Positions 9,251 through 19,136 are shown, numbered from the stretch's first letter. The stretch is DNA of 64,000 nucleotides from Cyclobacteriaceae bacterium (GCA_040222235.1 JAVKDO010000066.1:13545-77544), one strand, 5' to 3'. The notes: generated by a model from the sequence alone, not told the origin. A program made the numbers and translations.

Positions 9251-12200
9251 TCAATTGATTACGCGATAACTCAATTCTTCCATACCTGCCAGACGTTCAA
9301 TCAGTTCGTTGGTAGGGTTGATCCGAGCCTTTCTTGATAGTAGATCGAGTTGGATCGGCGCACCTTCAAAATCACTGAGAATATTCAGTCGAAGTAAGCA
9401 GTTGCCAGGGTTCTCTTCGGTCAAGCTGGTCAGTTGATCCACGAATGTTGGACTCACATCTTGCAAATGCATCCTCAGCTCTATTCCCTTAGTCATTTTT
9501 TCACGCACCTCACCAAGCAACTCCATATCATCGATACTAAATTCAAACTCATTTTCTCGCTTCCATCTTGGCTTCACCGTCCCCTTTAGGTAGAGGAACC
9601 ATCCCGTTTCGAGATATTGCTTGAAGTTGACGTATTTATCAGAAAACATGAAGAACTCCATCGAGTCGTCATAGTCCTCGAGTGTCATCACACCATAAGG
9701 CTTTCCAGTCTTGGTGATCCGATGAGATACAGCAGTCACGACACCACCTACCGTAATGCGGCCTTTACTTTTGAGGCTATCAAGGTCCTTGAGCTGCTTG
9801 ACGGAAGTATTGCAGAGGTGCTTGATCTCAAACTTATATTGGTCAAGTGGATGCCCTGATATATAGAGTCCGACTACTTCCTTCTCGATGTTGAGCATTT
9901 CGATCTTACCGTAAGGCTCTACCGGAGTGATCTTTGGAGCCGGCTGATCCATACCTGAGTCACCACCAAATAAAGATGATTGTGCACTCTCAGCTTCCAA
10001 CTGCATCTTGTTGGCATATTTGATGGCCTTCTCTATCAGGCTGGCTTCTCCTTCATCATTGGCGATGTACTGTCTACGATGTACCCCTTCGAAACAGTCA
10101 AAAGCTCCAGACATAGCCAAGGCTTCAAAAGTCTTCTTGTTGACAGCTCTAAGATTGACGCGCATTGAAAAGTCAAAGATGTCTTTGTAAAGGCCGTTCT
10201 CATCACGCTCTCTGATGATTTCGGATACGGCGGATTCACCAGTACCCTTAATAGCACCCAGCCCAAATCGGATTTCTCCGGCTTTATTCACCTTGAAGAA
10301 TATACCAGATTCGTTGACGTGCGGGCCAAGAACCTTGATGCCTTGGTTGCGGCACTCCTCCATAAAGAAGGTCACTTTCTCAATGTTGCTCTGGTTGTGA
10401 GTCAGCACAGCCGCCATGTACTCAGCGGGGTAGTTGGCCTTGAGATAGGCGGTGTGATACGCGACTACCGAGTAGCAGGTGGAGTGAGACTTGTTGAAGG
10501 CATAGGCCGCAAATGCCTCCCAGTCCTTCCAGATCTTCTCTAGCTTCTCTTCATCATGGCCCTTCTCCTTGGCTTGCCCGATAAACTGGGGCTTCATCTT
10601 ATCCAGTACCGCACGCTGCTTCTTACCCATCGCCTTACGCAGTACATCGGCCTCACCTTTGGTGAATCCGGCGAGTTTTTGCGATAGCAACATCACTTGC
10701 TCTTGATAGACAGTAATGCCATAGGTTTCCGATAGGAACTCCTCCATATCCGGCAAATCATAGCTGATCTGCTCCCGTCCGTGCTTGCGCTCGATGAAGT
10801 TAGGAATGTACTCCATCGGTCCGGGGCGGTAGAGTGCATTCATCGCTATCAGGTCACCAAACCGGTCAGGTTTGAGCGCACGCAGGTGCTTCTGCATGCC
10901 CGGCGACTCAAACTGGAAGGTGCCGTTGGTATGGCCCATCTGATAGAGTTCGTAGGTCTTCTGATCATCTAGTGGAATCTCATCCGGATCGAGCTGAATG
11001 CCGTGTCGCTCCTGTATCAGAATGATTGCCGTCTTGATAATCGACAAGGTCTTGAGACCCAAGAAGTCCATTTTAAGCATACCCGCATCTTCCACCACAC
11101 TATTGTCAAACTGTGTGATGAGCAGATCTGCATCCTTGGAGGTAGCTACGGGTACGTACTTGGTCAGGTCATCAGGCGATATGATCACTCCGCAGGCATG
11201 CGTACCGGTGTTCCTAACGGAACCTTCTAGGACAGTTGCCTGGTTAAGGACCTTTGCTTCTAGGTTTGTACCCTTGCTAATAGCAACCAACTCTTTGATT
11301 TCCTTGAAGGCTTTGGTCAAGGTAGTTCCTGGACGCTCAGGCACTAGTTTTGCGATAGCGTCCGTATCCGAAAGGGGCAATTCGAGCACCCTGCCCGCAT
11401 CACGAATGGATGACTTGGCAGCCATGGTGCCGTAGGTAATGATTTGGGCTACCTGATTGTAGCCGTACTTATCGATAACATAGCGGATCACTTTATCGCG
11501 ACCCTCATCATCAAAGTCAATATCAATATCAGGAAGGGATACTCTGTCAGGGTTAAGAAATCTCTCAAACAGTAGATCATATGCGATCGGATCCACATTG
11601 GTGATGCCAATGCAGTAGGCGACCGCCGAACCAGCAGCTGACCCACGTCCGGGACCTACTGCCACACCCATTTTGCGCGCTTCATTAGTGAAATCCTGTA
11701 CGATGAGGAAATAGCCCGGGTAACCAGTATTCTCAATCGTAGCTAACTCGAAATCTAGCCGTTCCCTGATCTCATCGGTAAGCTCTGGATAGCGCTTCTT
11801 GGCACCCTCATAAGTCAAATGCTTGAGGTAGGCGTTTTCACCTCTCTTACCTTCGTCTTCCTCATCCTTTGGGTCGAGGAATTCTTCAGGGATGTTGTAC
11901 TTGGGTAGCAGAACGGGTCTGGCAAGCTTATAGCTCTCAACTTTATTGACCAGCTCTTCTAGGTTGACGATAGACTCAGGTATATCCGCAAAGAGCTTCT
12001 TCATCTCCTCCTGAGATCGGAAATAGAATTGGTCGTTGGGGAATCCATAACGGAATCCCCTGCCTCGACCTATCGGTGTGCTTTGGTATTCTCCTTCTTT
12101 GACGCAAAGCAGCACATCATGCGCCGTGCTATCTTTCTGATTCAGATAATAGACGTCATTGGCAGCTATGCACTTGACACCATATTTCTTGGCAAAAGAC

Positions 12201-13480
12201 AGTAGTACCTGGTTGACATGTTCATCCTCTTCGAGCCCATGCCTAATCAACTCAACATAGAAATCATCCTTGAAGAGCTCATGCCACCACTGGAACGCTT
12301 CCTCTGCTTGTGTCTCGCCCACATTGAGGATAAGGTTGGGAATTTCACCGGACAGACTTCCCGTTAGCGCAATAACATCTTCCTTGTATGTTTGGATGAG
12401 TTCTTTGTCTATCCTTGGATAGTTGCCATAAAGTCCCTCTATGTAGCCCATGGAGCTCAGTTTGGCTAGGTTGTGGTAGCCATTCTTGTTCTTGGCAATC
12501 AATACTTGGTTGAATCGCTTGTCAGGGTTATCCTTTGTGAACTTTAGTTTTTGCCGCTCTTCGGCCACAAAAAATTCAACCCCGACAATCGCTTTGATAT
12601 CATTCTTAGCAGCTTCGGATACAAACTGGAACGCACCAAACATATTGCCCAGGTCGGTCAACGCTACGGCAGGCATATCGAACTCCTTGGCCTTGGCTAT
12701 CAGTCCCTTGATGTTGGGTACCGCTTGCAGCACGGAGTACTGAGAGTGAACATGAAGATGCACAAATGGAGAGGTAAGGTCTTCAACTGCGACTTTGGTC
12801 TCATCCGAGGTGCTGCCTGACTTGGCTTGCTGTTGGGTAAAATTGGCCAGATCAAGATCGGGCTCCTCATATATAATGTCTTTGTACGGAGTATCGTCAA
12901 ATGGCTTGACCACTTGTTCGGATACTAACCCAAAGAAGCATTTGGTTGTCGCAGCTACATCATAGGCTGCATCGTGGGCGTCACCAAAACCTACTCCGAA
13001 GAGCTTCTCATGTAGCTCGATGAGCTTTGGAGATTTGAGCCTACCGCCAATACCGCCTGGGAGCTGACAGTAGTCGATCGAAACCTTGGCAGTATCTACG
13101 GTGGCTTTCTCAAGAAGGGGAGAGGTTACTTCACCTCTAACCATCTCAGCTCCGACTATATTATTGTCAAACTCTATGTTGTGACCGACCACCCAATCCG
13201 CCTTCTCAACGGCCAAAGTAAATTTCTCGAGTACCTCTACTAGATCATGCCCCTCTTTTTGCGCTCGCTCTGTGGAGATGCCATGTATTTTTTGCGCGTT
13301 GAAGGGGATGGTGTACCCTTCAGGCTTGACGATGAGATTGTGATTTTCGAGCAACTCTCCTTTCGACCCATGTAGTTGCCAGGCAATCTGAACCATCCTT
13401 GGCCAGTTGTCCGAGTCTGTGACTGGTGCGGAATAGTTGTGAGGTAAACCGGTGGTTTCGGTATCGAAGATCAGGTACAT
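9251..13480 (-). CDS. dnaE: DNA polymerase III alpha subunit (DnaE1) with an N-terminal fused DEDDh 3'-5' exonuclease (epsilon-like) domain
   Basis: 1409 aa. Exo motifs at aa 1-190: FDTETTG, VGHNIEFD, HDAAYDVAAT. PHP domain starts at FVHLHVHSQYS (aa ~240). Pol III alpha core motifs: GPGRGSAAGS, PDIDIDF, GLLKMDFLGL. A C-terminal OB-fold region follows. Confidence 0.95.
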   Translation of the reverse strand: MYLIFDTETTGLPHNYSAPVTDSDNWPRMVQIAWQLHGSKGELLENHNLIVKPEGYTIPFNAQKIHGISTERAQKEGHDLVEVLEKFTLAVEKADWVVGHNIEFDNNIVGAEMVRGEVTSPLLEKATVDTAKVSIDYCQLPGGIGGRLKSPKLIELHEKLFGVGFGDAHDAAYDVAATTKCFFGLVSEQVVKPFDDTPYKDIIYEEPDLDLANFTQQQAKSGSTSDETKVAVEDLTSPFVHLHVHSQYSVLQAVPNIKGLIAKAKEFDMPAVALTDLGNMFGAFQFVSEAAKNDIKAIVGVEFFVAEERQKLKFTKDNPDKRFNQVLIAKNKNGYHNLAKLSSMGYIEGLYGNYPRIDKELIQTYKEDVIALTGSLSGEIPNLILNVGETQAEEAFQWWHELFKDDFYVELIRHGLEEDEHVNQVLLSFAKKYGVKCIAANDVYYLNQKDSTAHDVLLCVKEGEYQSTPIGRGRGFRYGFPNDQFYFRSQEEMKKLFADIPESIVNLEELVNKVESYKLARPVLLPKYNIPEEFLDPKDEEDEGKRGENAYLKHLTYEGAKKRYPELTDEIRERLDFELATIENTGYPGYFLIVQDFTNEARKMGVAVGPGRGSAAGSAVAYCIGITNVDPIAYDLLFERFLNPDRVSLPDIDIDFDDEGRDKVIRYVIDKYGYNQVAQIITYGTMAAKSSIRDAGRVLELPLSDTDAIAKLVPERPGTTLTKAFKEIKELVAISKGTNLEAKVLNQATVLEGSVRNTGTHACGVIISPDDLTKYVPVATSKDADLLITQFDNSVVEDAGMLKMDFLGLKTLSIIKTAIILIQERHGIQLDPDEIPLDDQKTYELYQMGHTNGTFQFESPGMQKHLRALKPDRFGDLIAMNALYRPGPMEYIPNFIERKHGREQISYDLPDMEEFLSETYGITVYQEQVMLLSQKLAGFTKGEADVLRKAMGKKQRAVLDKMKPQFIGQAKEKGHDEEKLEKIWKDWEAFAAYAFNKSHSTCYSVVAYHTAYLKANYPAEYMAAVLTHNQSNIEKVTFFMEECRNQGIKVLGPHVNESGIFFKVNKAGEIRFGLGAIKGTGESAVSEIIRERDENGLYKDIFDFSMRVNLRAVNKKTFEALAMSGAFDCFEGVHRRQYIANDEGEASLIEKAIKYANKMQLEAESAQSSLFGGDSGMDQPAPKITPVEPYGKIEMLNIEKEVVGLYISGHPLDQYKFEIKHLCNTSVKQLKDLDSLKSKGRITVGGVVTAVSHRITKTGKPYGVMTLEDYDDSMEFFMFSDKYVNFKQYLETGWFLYLKGTVKPRWKRENEFEFSIDDMELLGEVREKMTKGIELRMHLQDVSPTFVDQLTSLTEENPGNCLLRLNILSDFEGAPIQLDLLSRKARINPTNELIERLAGMEELSYRVIN

Positions 13481-13775
13481 GGAGAGGAATTAATCGCTAG
13501 TGCAACACTGATCGAATTTAAATAATTCGAGGGCTTGGTGGGAGACCAGAGCTTAAAAGTTATCCACAGATTTGACAATGCTGTTGATGCTGTCGAAAGA
13601 TGCCTTTTGGAGAGGTTGATCTTTTCTCAAAACCTGATCATCGGGGTGTTTCGTGAGGATACGAAACATGTTGGCAGTCTGGTATGCGTCAATAGTATTA
13701 TGAATGGTATTTCACTACAGCAATGCTTTAGTCGATCAATTATAATTCAAGATGAAAATTAGCTAATTTTAGATC

Positions 13776-14006
13776 ATGGTAGGAAAGGAACGTCTTAGAA
13801 GCGTGATCCTGAATAAGATAAAGCACTTATCGGATGATCAACTAAACGATCTTCACTCTTATTTGGAAGATTTGGAGAGGGAGTTTACAATAGTGAAATC
13901 TCCTATGTCCTTTAGCGGAATTTTCGAAGAGTTAGATTTAGATGAGCTTACTACTGATCTCCACCAACGGAGAGGTGATGGCAACAAACGGATTCCCAAC
14001 TTTTGA
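13776..14006 (+). CDS. Putative type II antitoxin (VapB-position partner of the PIN toxin)
   Basis: 76-aa acidic ORF immediately upstream of the PIN-domain gene, with its stop overlapping that gene's start (TTGA at 14003..14006). The call is by context only. Confidence 0.5.
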   Translation: MVGKERLRSVILNKIKHLSDDQLNDLHSYLEDLEREFTIVKSPMSFSGIFEELDLDELTTDLHQRRGDGNKRIPNF

Positions 14007-14404
14007 CTAAGAGCCTAATCGATACCGACATCCTTTCGTACTTCTTGAAAGGAGATGAACATGTGGCTAAGAACTTTGAGAAATACCTCAAGGGGCATGC
14101 TAAAATCACTATTTGTGAAATAACCTATTTTGAGATTCTTTCAGGGTTAGTTTTCAGAAAAGCTGTGAAGCAGATTAGTCAGTTTGAGCTTTTCATATCA
14201 ACCTGTGAGGTGATTAAGCTATCAACGATTTCGCTTAGCAACTCTGCAAATATCTATGCCCAACTCAGAGAAATAGGTATCACTATTGGCACAGCAGATT
14301 TATTGATTGCTGGAATCGCGAAGGCTAATGAGTTGACTTTAGTGACCAATAATCAAAAGCATTATCAGCCGATCTTGGAGCTCGAAACTGCAAATTGGGC
14401 CTAA
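14003..14404 (+). CDS. vapC: PIN-domain ribonuclease toxin VapC
   Basis: 133 aa. LIDTDILSYFL N-terminus (first acidic PIN residue), EITYFEIL (conserved Glu), GTADLLIAGIA (third Asp), LVTNN near the C-terminus. Apparent TTG start. Confidence 0.85.
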   Translation: MTKSLIDTDILSYFLKGDEHVAKNFEKYLKGHAKITICEITYFEILSGLVFRKAVKQISQFELFISTCEVIKLSTISLSNSANIYAQLREIGITIGTADLLIAGIAKANELTLVTNNQKHYQPILELETANWA

Positions 14405-14528
14405 CAGGGTTCGTACGCTTCCAACTGTCGTCCTGATGAGAGACAGCTACCGCGTAGTGGAGCCACGAGTCCGTTAACGCGCATACCAAAACCTAGGATT
14501 GCTGATGTCCAAGCTCTGTTTCAAGAGT

Positions 14529-15152
14529 CTACCCAAAAGGAACATAGATCACCTTTTTGGTTTCGAAGAATGGATCACTGAAGTAGTTGGTTAGCAGGTA
14601 TTCGCTCCAAGGTCTTTTTACTTCTTTCATTTCTTCTGCTAGGTCGCCACCCTTGAGGTAGAGGATGCCGTTGGCAAGATCGTTATTCCCTTCCGTTTTA
14701 ATCTTTTGGTGAACCCAGTGGATGAAGGGCTTCATTCGGGTAACGGCTCGACTCACTACAAAATCGTAGGTGCCCGATACTTTTTCTACCCTTTGATGGG
14801 AAGCGGTCAAATTCTCAAGACCTAGAGCAGAGGCCACTTCATTGACTACTTTGATTTTCTTGCCAATCGAGTCGACTAAGTGAAAGTCTGACTCAGGAAA
14901 GAGGATAGCCAATGGGATGCCAGGGAATCCACCACCAGTACCCACATCTAGAATAGTCGTGCTTGGTTTGAACTGAATGACTTTAGCTATACCAAGAGAA
15001 TGAAGTACGTGACGTGTATACAATTCGTCAATATCCTTACGAGAAATGACATTGATTTGAGCATTCCACTCTTGATATAGAGGCAGCAGTTTTTCAAGCT
15101 GCCCATATTGTTTTTGCGATAGCTCGGGGAAATACGACTTGATTAATTCCAA
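14529..15152 (-). CDS. rsmG: 16S rRNA (guanine527-N7)-methyltransferase RsmG (GidB)
   Basis: 207 aa. SAM motif ILDVGTGGGFPGIPLAI and overall GidB layout. Confidence 0.9.
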   Translation of the reverse strand: MELIKSYFPELSQKQYGQLEKLLPLYQEWNAQINVISRKDIDELYTRHVLHSLGIAKVIQFKPSTTILDVGTGGGFPGIPLAILFPESDFHLVDSIGKKIKVVNEVASALGLENLTASHQRVEKVSGTYDFVVSRAVTRMKPFIHWVHQKIKTEGNNDLANGILYLKGGDLAEEMKEVKRPWSEYLLTNYFSDPFFETKKVIYVPFG

Positions 15153-15158
15153 GCTGTG

Positions 15159-15767
15159 CTAGATATGCTGTTTCTTATCCTTAACTAATTCATACATCAG
15201 CTCGCGTGCGCGATGAAGCTGTGCCTTGACAGTACCCAGGGGAGCTTCAAGTGCTGTGGCGATCTCTTCATAGGACAGTTCGTCGAAGTACCGGAGCTTC
15301 ACTAGCCGCTGGTACTTGGCTGGTAGCTTATCCACGAACATTCTGACCAGTTGGATTTTTTGGTCCTTGATGGCCGATTGGTCGGGAGTGAGGTTTTTAT
15401 CTTCAACGTCTATATTGACTGATTCTCCACTATCGTCTGTAAAAGAAGTGTTGAGACTCATCGTATCCAACTTCTTCTTTCGGATGAAGTCTATCGCATT
15501 GTTAGTCGCGATGCGGAAGAGCCAAGTAGAGAATGTATAATCCTTTTTGAACCTGTGCAGGTTCTTAAAAGCTTTGGCGAATGCCTCAATGGTCAAGTCC
15601 TCAGCGTCATCGACATTCCGAACCATCTTAAGAATCATATGGTAGACAGGCTTCTTATAGCGCTTCATCAGATCAGCATACGCCTGCTGATCCCCGTGAT
15701 CAACAGCCAGATCAATGAGCTTAAAATCCTTAAGCGCTTTTTCAGAAAAATTTCGTTCTAACTCCAT
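15159..15767 (-). CDS. RNA polymerase sigma-70 family (ECF-type) sigma factor
   Basis: 202 aa. Region 2 (YKKPVYHMILKMV...DAEDLTIEAF...FSTWLFRIATN) and region 4 HTH (LSYEEIATALEAPLGTVKAQLHRAR). Confidence 0.85.
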   Translation of the reverse strand: MELERNFSEKALKDFKLIDLAVDHGDQQAYADLMKRYKKPVYHMILKMVRNVDDAEDLTIEAFAKAFKNLHRFKKDYTFSTWLFRIATNNAIDFIRKKKLDTMSLNTSFTDDSGESVNIDVEDKNLTPDQSAIKDQKIQLVRMFVDKLPAKYQRLVKLRYFDELSYEEIATALEAPLGTVKAQLHRARELMYELVKDKKQHI

Positions 15768-16852
15768 TTTACTCTTTTAGAGAAGCTTGCTAGTGTACCC
15801 ATGACAACAATATATACCGAATAAAAGAAGTCTAGTAAGGGCAACACCCAAAAATCAAAATTATCCCCCGTTCTACGGGCGGTATAAAGCATTAAACAAG
15901 CCTGCATGGTCATCTTGATGAGGAAACCACCCAGCATAATTTGCCATGGTGCACCTATCATGGCTAAAATAGCAAATGTCAACCAAAAGGTGATTTGCGA
16001 TAGCGAATGAAATCCTAAACGTAACTTGTCTGCAGACCTATAGTACTTGCCAACGGACAAGTGGCGTTTCTTCTGTGTAAAGAAGGAAGACCAGGTAGTC
16101 TTGGGATAAGAAAGAATAAGTGCATCTGAACCTATATCCACTTTGGTGCTCAGCTTTCGGGCATGAGCATTTACAAATAAGTCATCATCACCTCCTGTCA
16201 CATTCAGTTTTTGCCCAAATCCCTTCACCTTCATGAATAACGACTTTCGGTAGGCGAGGTTTCTGCCCACCCCCATATATGGCTTATTAGCAATTGCTTT
16301 TGGGAGGTAGAGTAATCCTGTCATCATCGTCTCAAACCTCACGAAAAGGTTGAGCAAACCACTTGACTTGGCGTATTGGGAGTACCCAATCACAAAACTA
16401 GTATCTTCATCAAATGTAGCAGCCATACGGCTGAGCCATTGATCTGAGGTAGGCCAGCAGTCTGCATCGGTGAAGACCAATCTATCATTTGTGGCAGCTT
16501 TGATGCCGAGGGTGAGTCCGTACTTCTTGCCATTGGCGTGATCCGGGACATGCTCGACTCGCACCAACTTAATTTTTGGCTGTAGAGAAAGTAGATAATC
16601 GTAGGTCTCATCTTTCGACCTGTCATCCACTATGATGATCTCCTTATTGGCATATGCCTGATCAAGCAGCAGTGGTATTAGTTTTTTGAGATTACCGTAC
16701 TCATTTCGTGCGCAGACGATGACTGAGATACCTTCCTCCTCGGTGCTGGCTTTCATAGGTCGCCACTTCCAAAGTCGAATGAGTTGAAGTGTGTAGTGAA
16801 CTAAAAAATAAGCGACGGAGGCTAAAAATAGACCTGAGAGGATATTGATCAT
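15758..16852 (-). CDS. Family 2 glycosyltransferase, membrane-anchored
   Basis: 364 aa. N-terminal TM helix, ISVIVCARNE and IIIVDDRSKDET (DxD-type GT-A motifs), DADC, C-terminal TM helices. It overlaps the downstream sigma-factor gene by 10 nt. Confidence 0.8.
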   Translation of the reverse strand: MINILSGLFLASVAYFLVHYTLQLIRLWKWRPMKASTEEEGISVIVCARNEYGNLKKLIPLLLDQAYANKEIIIVDDRSKDETYDYLLSLQPKIKLVRVEHVPDHANGKKYGLTLGIKAATNDRLVFTDADCWPTSDQWLSRMAATFDEDTSFVIGYSQYAKSSGLLNLFVRFETMMTGLLYLPKAIANKPYMGVGRNLAYRKSLFMKVKGFGQKLNVTGGDDDLFVNAHARKLSTKVDIGSDALILSYPKTTWSSFFTQKKRHLSVGKYYRSADKLRLGFHSLSQITFWLTFAILAMIGAPWQIMLGGFLIKMTMQACLMLYTARRTGDNFDFWVLPLLDFFYSVYIVVMGTLASFSKRVKWS

Positions 16853-16871
16853 AGTCGGCTTGTGACGCGGG

Positions 16872-16879
16872 CAAAGATA
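16872..16879 (-). promoter_or_regulatory. Candidate Bacteroidota -7 promoter box (TAnnTTTG) for the GT2-sigma-rsmG operon
   Basis: The minus strand reads TATCTTTG, 19 nt upstream of the ATG at 16852. Confidence 0.4.
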
Positions 16880-16913
16880 TGTTTACTACCCGCTTTTATT
16901 GTGAATTAAGGGA

Positions 16914-16921
16914 TATTTTTG
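16914..16921 (+). promoter_or_regulatory. Candidate Bacteroidota -7 promoter box (TAnnTTTG) for tgt
   Basis: TATTTTTG, 10 nt upstream of the tgt ATG (16932), in the divergent intergenic region. Confidence 0.4.
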
Positions 16922-16931
16922 CAGCCGCTTT

Positions 16932-18062
16932 ATGGATTTTCAGTTACAACATTCAGATACGAAAAGTAATGCCAGAGCTGGCAAAATCACCACAGATCAC
17001 GGAGAGATAGAAACTCCGATCTTCATGCCAGTGGGGACGGCTGGAAGCGTCAAGGCTGTACACCAACGCGAGCTGAAAGATGACGTAGAAGCTCAGATCA
17101 TACTGGGGAATACCTACCATCTCTACTTAAGGCCTGGATTAGAGATTATGGAGGGTGCTGGTGGCCTACATAAGTTCAACGGTTGGGATAAGCCAATCCT
17201 GACAGACTCTGGTGGTTATCAGGTCTACTCGCTGGCGGGTACGCGCAAAATCAAAGAGAAGGGAGTGGTCTTTCAATCGCACATTGATGGCTCGCGCCAC
17301 AACTTTACTCCCGAGTACGTGATGGATATTCAGCGGATTATAGGAGCGGATATCATGATGGCATTTGACGAATGTCCTCCGTATCCGAGCACCTATGAAT
17401 ATGCTGAGAAATCGATGCACATGACCCATAGATGGTTGGATCGGTGCATTAATAGGTTTGATCAGACTGAGGGGAAGTACGGCTACAGCCAAACCCTATT
17501 TCCGATAGTGCAAGGAAGTACTTATGATGACCTAAGAAAGCAGTCGGCTGAATATGTGGCCTCTACTAACAGAGAGGGCAATGCCATTGGTGGTTTGTCA
17601 GTTGGCGAACCTGCCGAGAAGATGTATCATCATACGGATCAAGTTTGCGCTATCCTGCCCAAGGATAAGCCGCGCTATCTGATGGGCGTGGGTACTCCAG
17701 AAAACATCCTGGAGTGTATAGCCCTGGGCGTAGATATGTTTGACTGTGTGATGCCAACTAGAAATGCGAGAAACGGAATGCTCTTCACCTCAGAGGGTAT
17801 TATCAACATGCGAAATGAGAAGTGGAAAAATGACTTCTCACTTATAGATGAAAATCTGGGCGGCTATGTCAGCACTCAACATACCAAGGCATACCTCCGT
17901 CACTTGGTCGTGAGCAAGGAGATGCTGGCTGCCCAAATTGCCAGTATCCACAATCTCACCTTCTACCTCTGGCTGGTGAAAGAAGCGAGGAAGCATATAC
18001 TTAACGATACCTTTGCCGTTTGGAAAAATGAGATGGTTGTCAAACTGTCCAGAAGACTCTAG
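16932..18062 (+). CDS. tgt: tRNA-guanine(34) transglycosylase (queuine tRNA-ribosyltransferase)
   Basis: 376 aa. Characteristic TPIFMPVGT, LTDSGGYQV, GGLSVGE and the Zn-site region CxC...C...H context (FDCVMPTRNARNG). Confidence 0.95.
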   Translation: MDFQLQHSDTKSNARAGKITTDHGEIETPIFMPVGTAGSVKAVHQRELKDDVEAQIILGNTYHLYLRPGLEIMEGAGGLHKFNGWDKPILTDSGGYQVYSLAGTRKIKEKGVVFQSHIDGSRHNFTPEYVMDIQRIIGADIMMAFDECPPYPSTYEYAEKSMHMTHRWLDRCINRFDQTEGKYGYSQTLFPIVQGSTYDDLRKQSAEYVASTNREGNAIGGLSVGEPAEKMYHHTDQVCAILPKDKPRYLMGVGTPENILECIALGVDMFDCVMPTRNARNGMLFTSEGIINMRNEKWKNDFSLIDENLGGYVSTQHTKAYLRHLVVSKEMLAAQIASIHNLTFYLWLVKEARKHILNDTFAVWKNEMVVKLSRRL

Positions 18063-19136
18063 ATGAAAATCCTTGATCGCTATATCTTAAAGAAGCTCTT
18101 AAGCACTTTCGTATTTGTGGTGCTTATTCTGGTATTTGTGATCCTGGTCATTGACTTCACAGAGAAGAATGACAAGTTCATACGGAATGACCTGGGAGCG
18201 GCTGAGATACTGAACTATTATTTCAATTTCATCCCCTACATAGCTAGTCTGCTTACACCCATTACCTCCTTCATAGCGGTGGTATTTGTGACGGCAAATC
18301 TAGCTGTGCGCACGGAAATCGTGGCGATATTGGCCAGTGGCACAAGCTTTATCAGGATGATGTGGCCCTACGCCATATTCTCCATTATTATTGGAGCGAT
18401 GAGCCTAGGACTCAACGGCTGGATCATTCCGAATGCTAACAAAGAACGTGTAGCCTTTGAGGTGGCTTATATCAAGGGAGCTTACTATTTCTCAGAGCGC
18501 AACATCCACTTTAAGGTAGGACCGCAGGATTATGTCTACATGGATCGGTACAGTAATCAAAACGATATTGGCTACAGGGTGACATTGGAGACCTTTGAAG
18601 GAACCGAACTCAAGGAGAAGATGTTCGCGACGCAGATGGCTTGGGACTCGACTACTCTGAAGTGGAAGCTGAAGGCCTGGAATCGACGAAAGCTCACTGA
18701 AGGGGGAGAAGTCTTTGAGAAGGGCTTTGAGATGGATACCACCATCGCTATATGGCCGTCAGACTTTGAAAATAGCTATCACCTGCATGAGACTTTCACC
18801 ATGCCGGAACTCACTGACTATATCGAGCTGCAGCAATCCAGAGGTGCCGATGACACCCTTGTGTACATTGTAGAAAAGCTGGTTCGTTACACCCAACCTT
18901 TCACTGTGGTGATCCTTACCTTCATTGGCGTGATCGTATCAGCTAGGAAAGCCAGAGGAGGTGCGGGCTTCCAGATAGCCTTGGGCTTCCTGATTGCATT
19001 CGTGTTTATCATTTTCTTCATTATGGCCCGTGCCAGTGCGGAGGCAGGTTCTATGCCTCCTCTATTGGCCATATGGATACCTAATATCATCTTCTCTTTT
19101 ATAGGCTTGGTGATGTACCACACTGTTCCTCGATGA
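18063..19136 (+). CDS. LptF/LptG family LPS export permease
   Basis: 357 aa. Starts MKILDRYILKKLL (the typical YjgP/YjgQ N-terminus), with six predicted TM segments and a periplasmic beta-jellyroll insert. Confidence 0.8.
   Translation: MKILDRYILKKLLSTFVFVVLILVFVILVIDFTEKNDKFIRNDLGAAEILNYYFNFIPYIASLLTPITSFIAVVFVTANLAVRTEIVAILASGTSFIRMMWPYAIFSIIIGAMSLGLNGWIIPNANKERVAFEVAYIKGAYYFSERNIHFKVGPQDYVYMDRYSNQNDIGYRVTLETFEGTELKEKMFATQMAWDSTTLKWKLKAWNRRKLTEGGEVFEKGFEMDTTIAIWPSDFENSYHLHETFTMPELTDYIELQQSRGADDTLVYIVEKLVRYTQPFTVVILTFIGVIVSARKARGGAGFQIALGFLIAFVFIIFFIMARASAEAGSMPPLLAIWIPNIIFSFIGLVMYHTVPR

Noticed and set aside
13560-13568. Perfect DnaA-box consensus TTATCCACA next to the dnaE start.
   Set aside because: It is a single copy only. 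A given 9-mer is expected by chance with appreciable probability in 64 kb read on two strands. No cluster of boxes, AT-rich unwinding element or dnaA/dnaN context is present.
13535-13762. 75-aa ORF in the spacer between dnaE and the VapB-like gene.
   Set aside because: It has a non-ATG start, no recognisable motif and an odd composition. It occupies what is more plausibly the promoter/insertion-scar region. There is no coupling to neighbouring genes.
14433-14440. CTGATGAG, a hammerhead-ribozyme-like core, in the vapC-rsmG spacer, flanked by ctgtc...gacag.
   Set aside because: The second conserved core (GAAA followed by a stem III/cleavage-site context) is absent. The stems needed for a three-way junction cannot be drawn.
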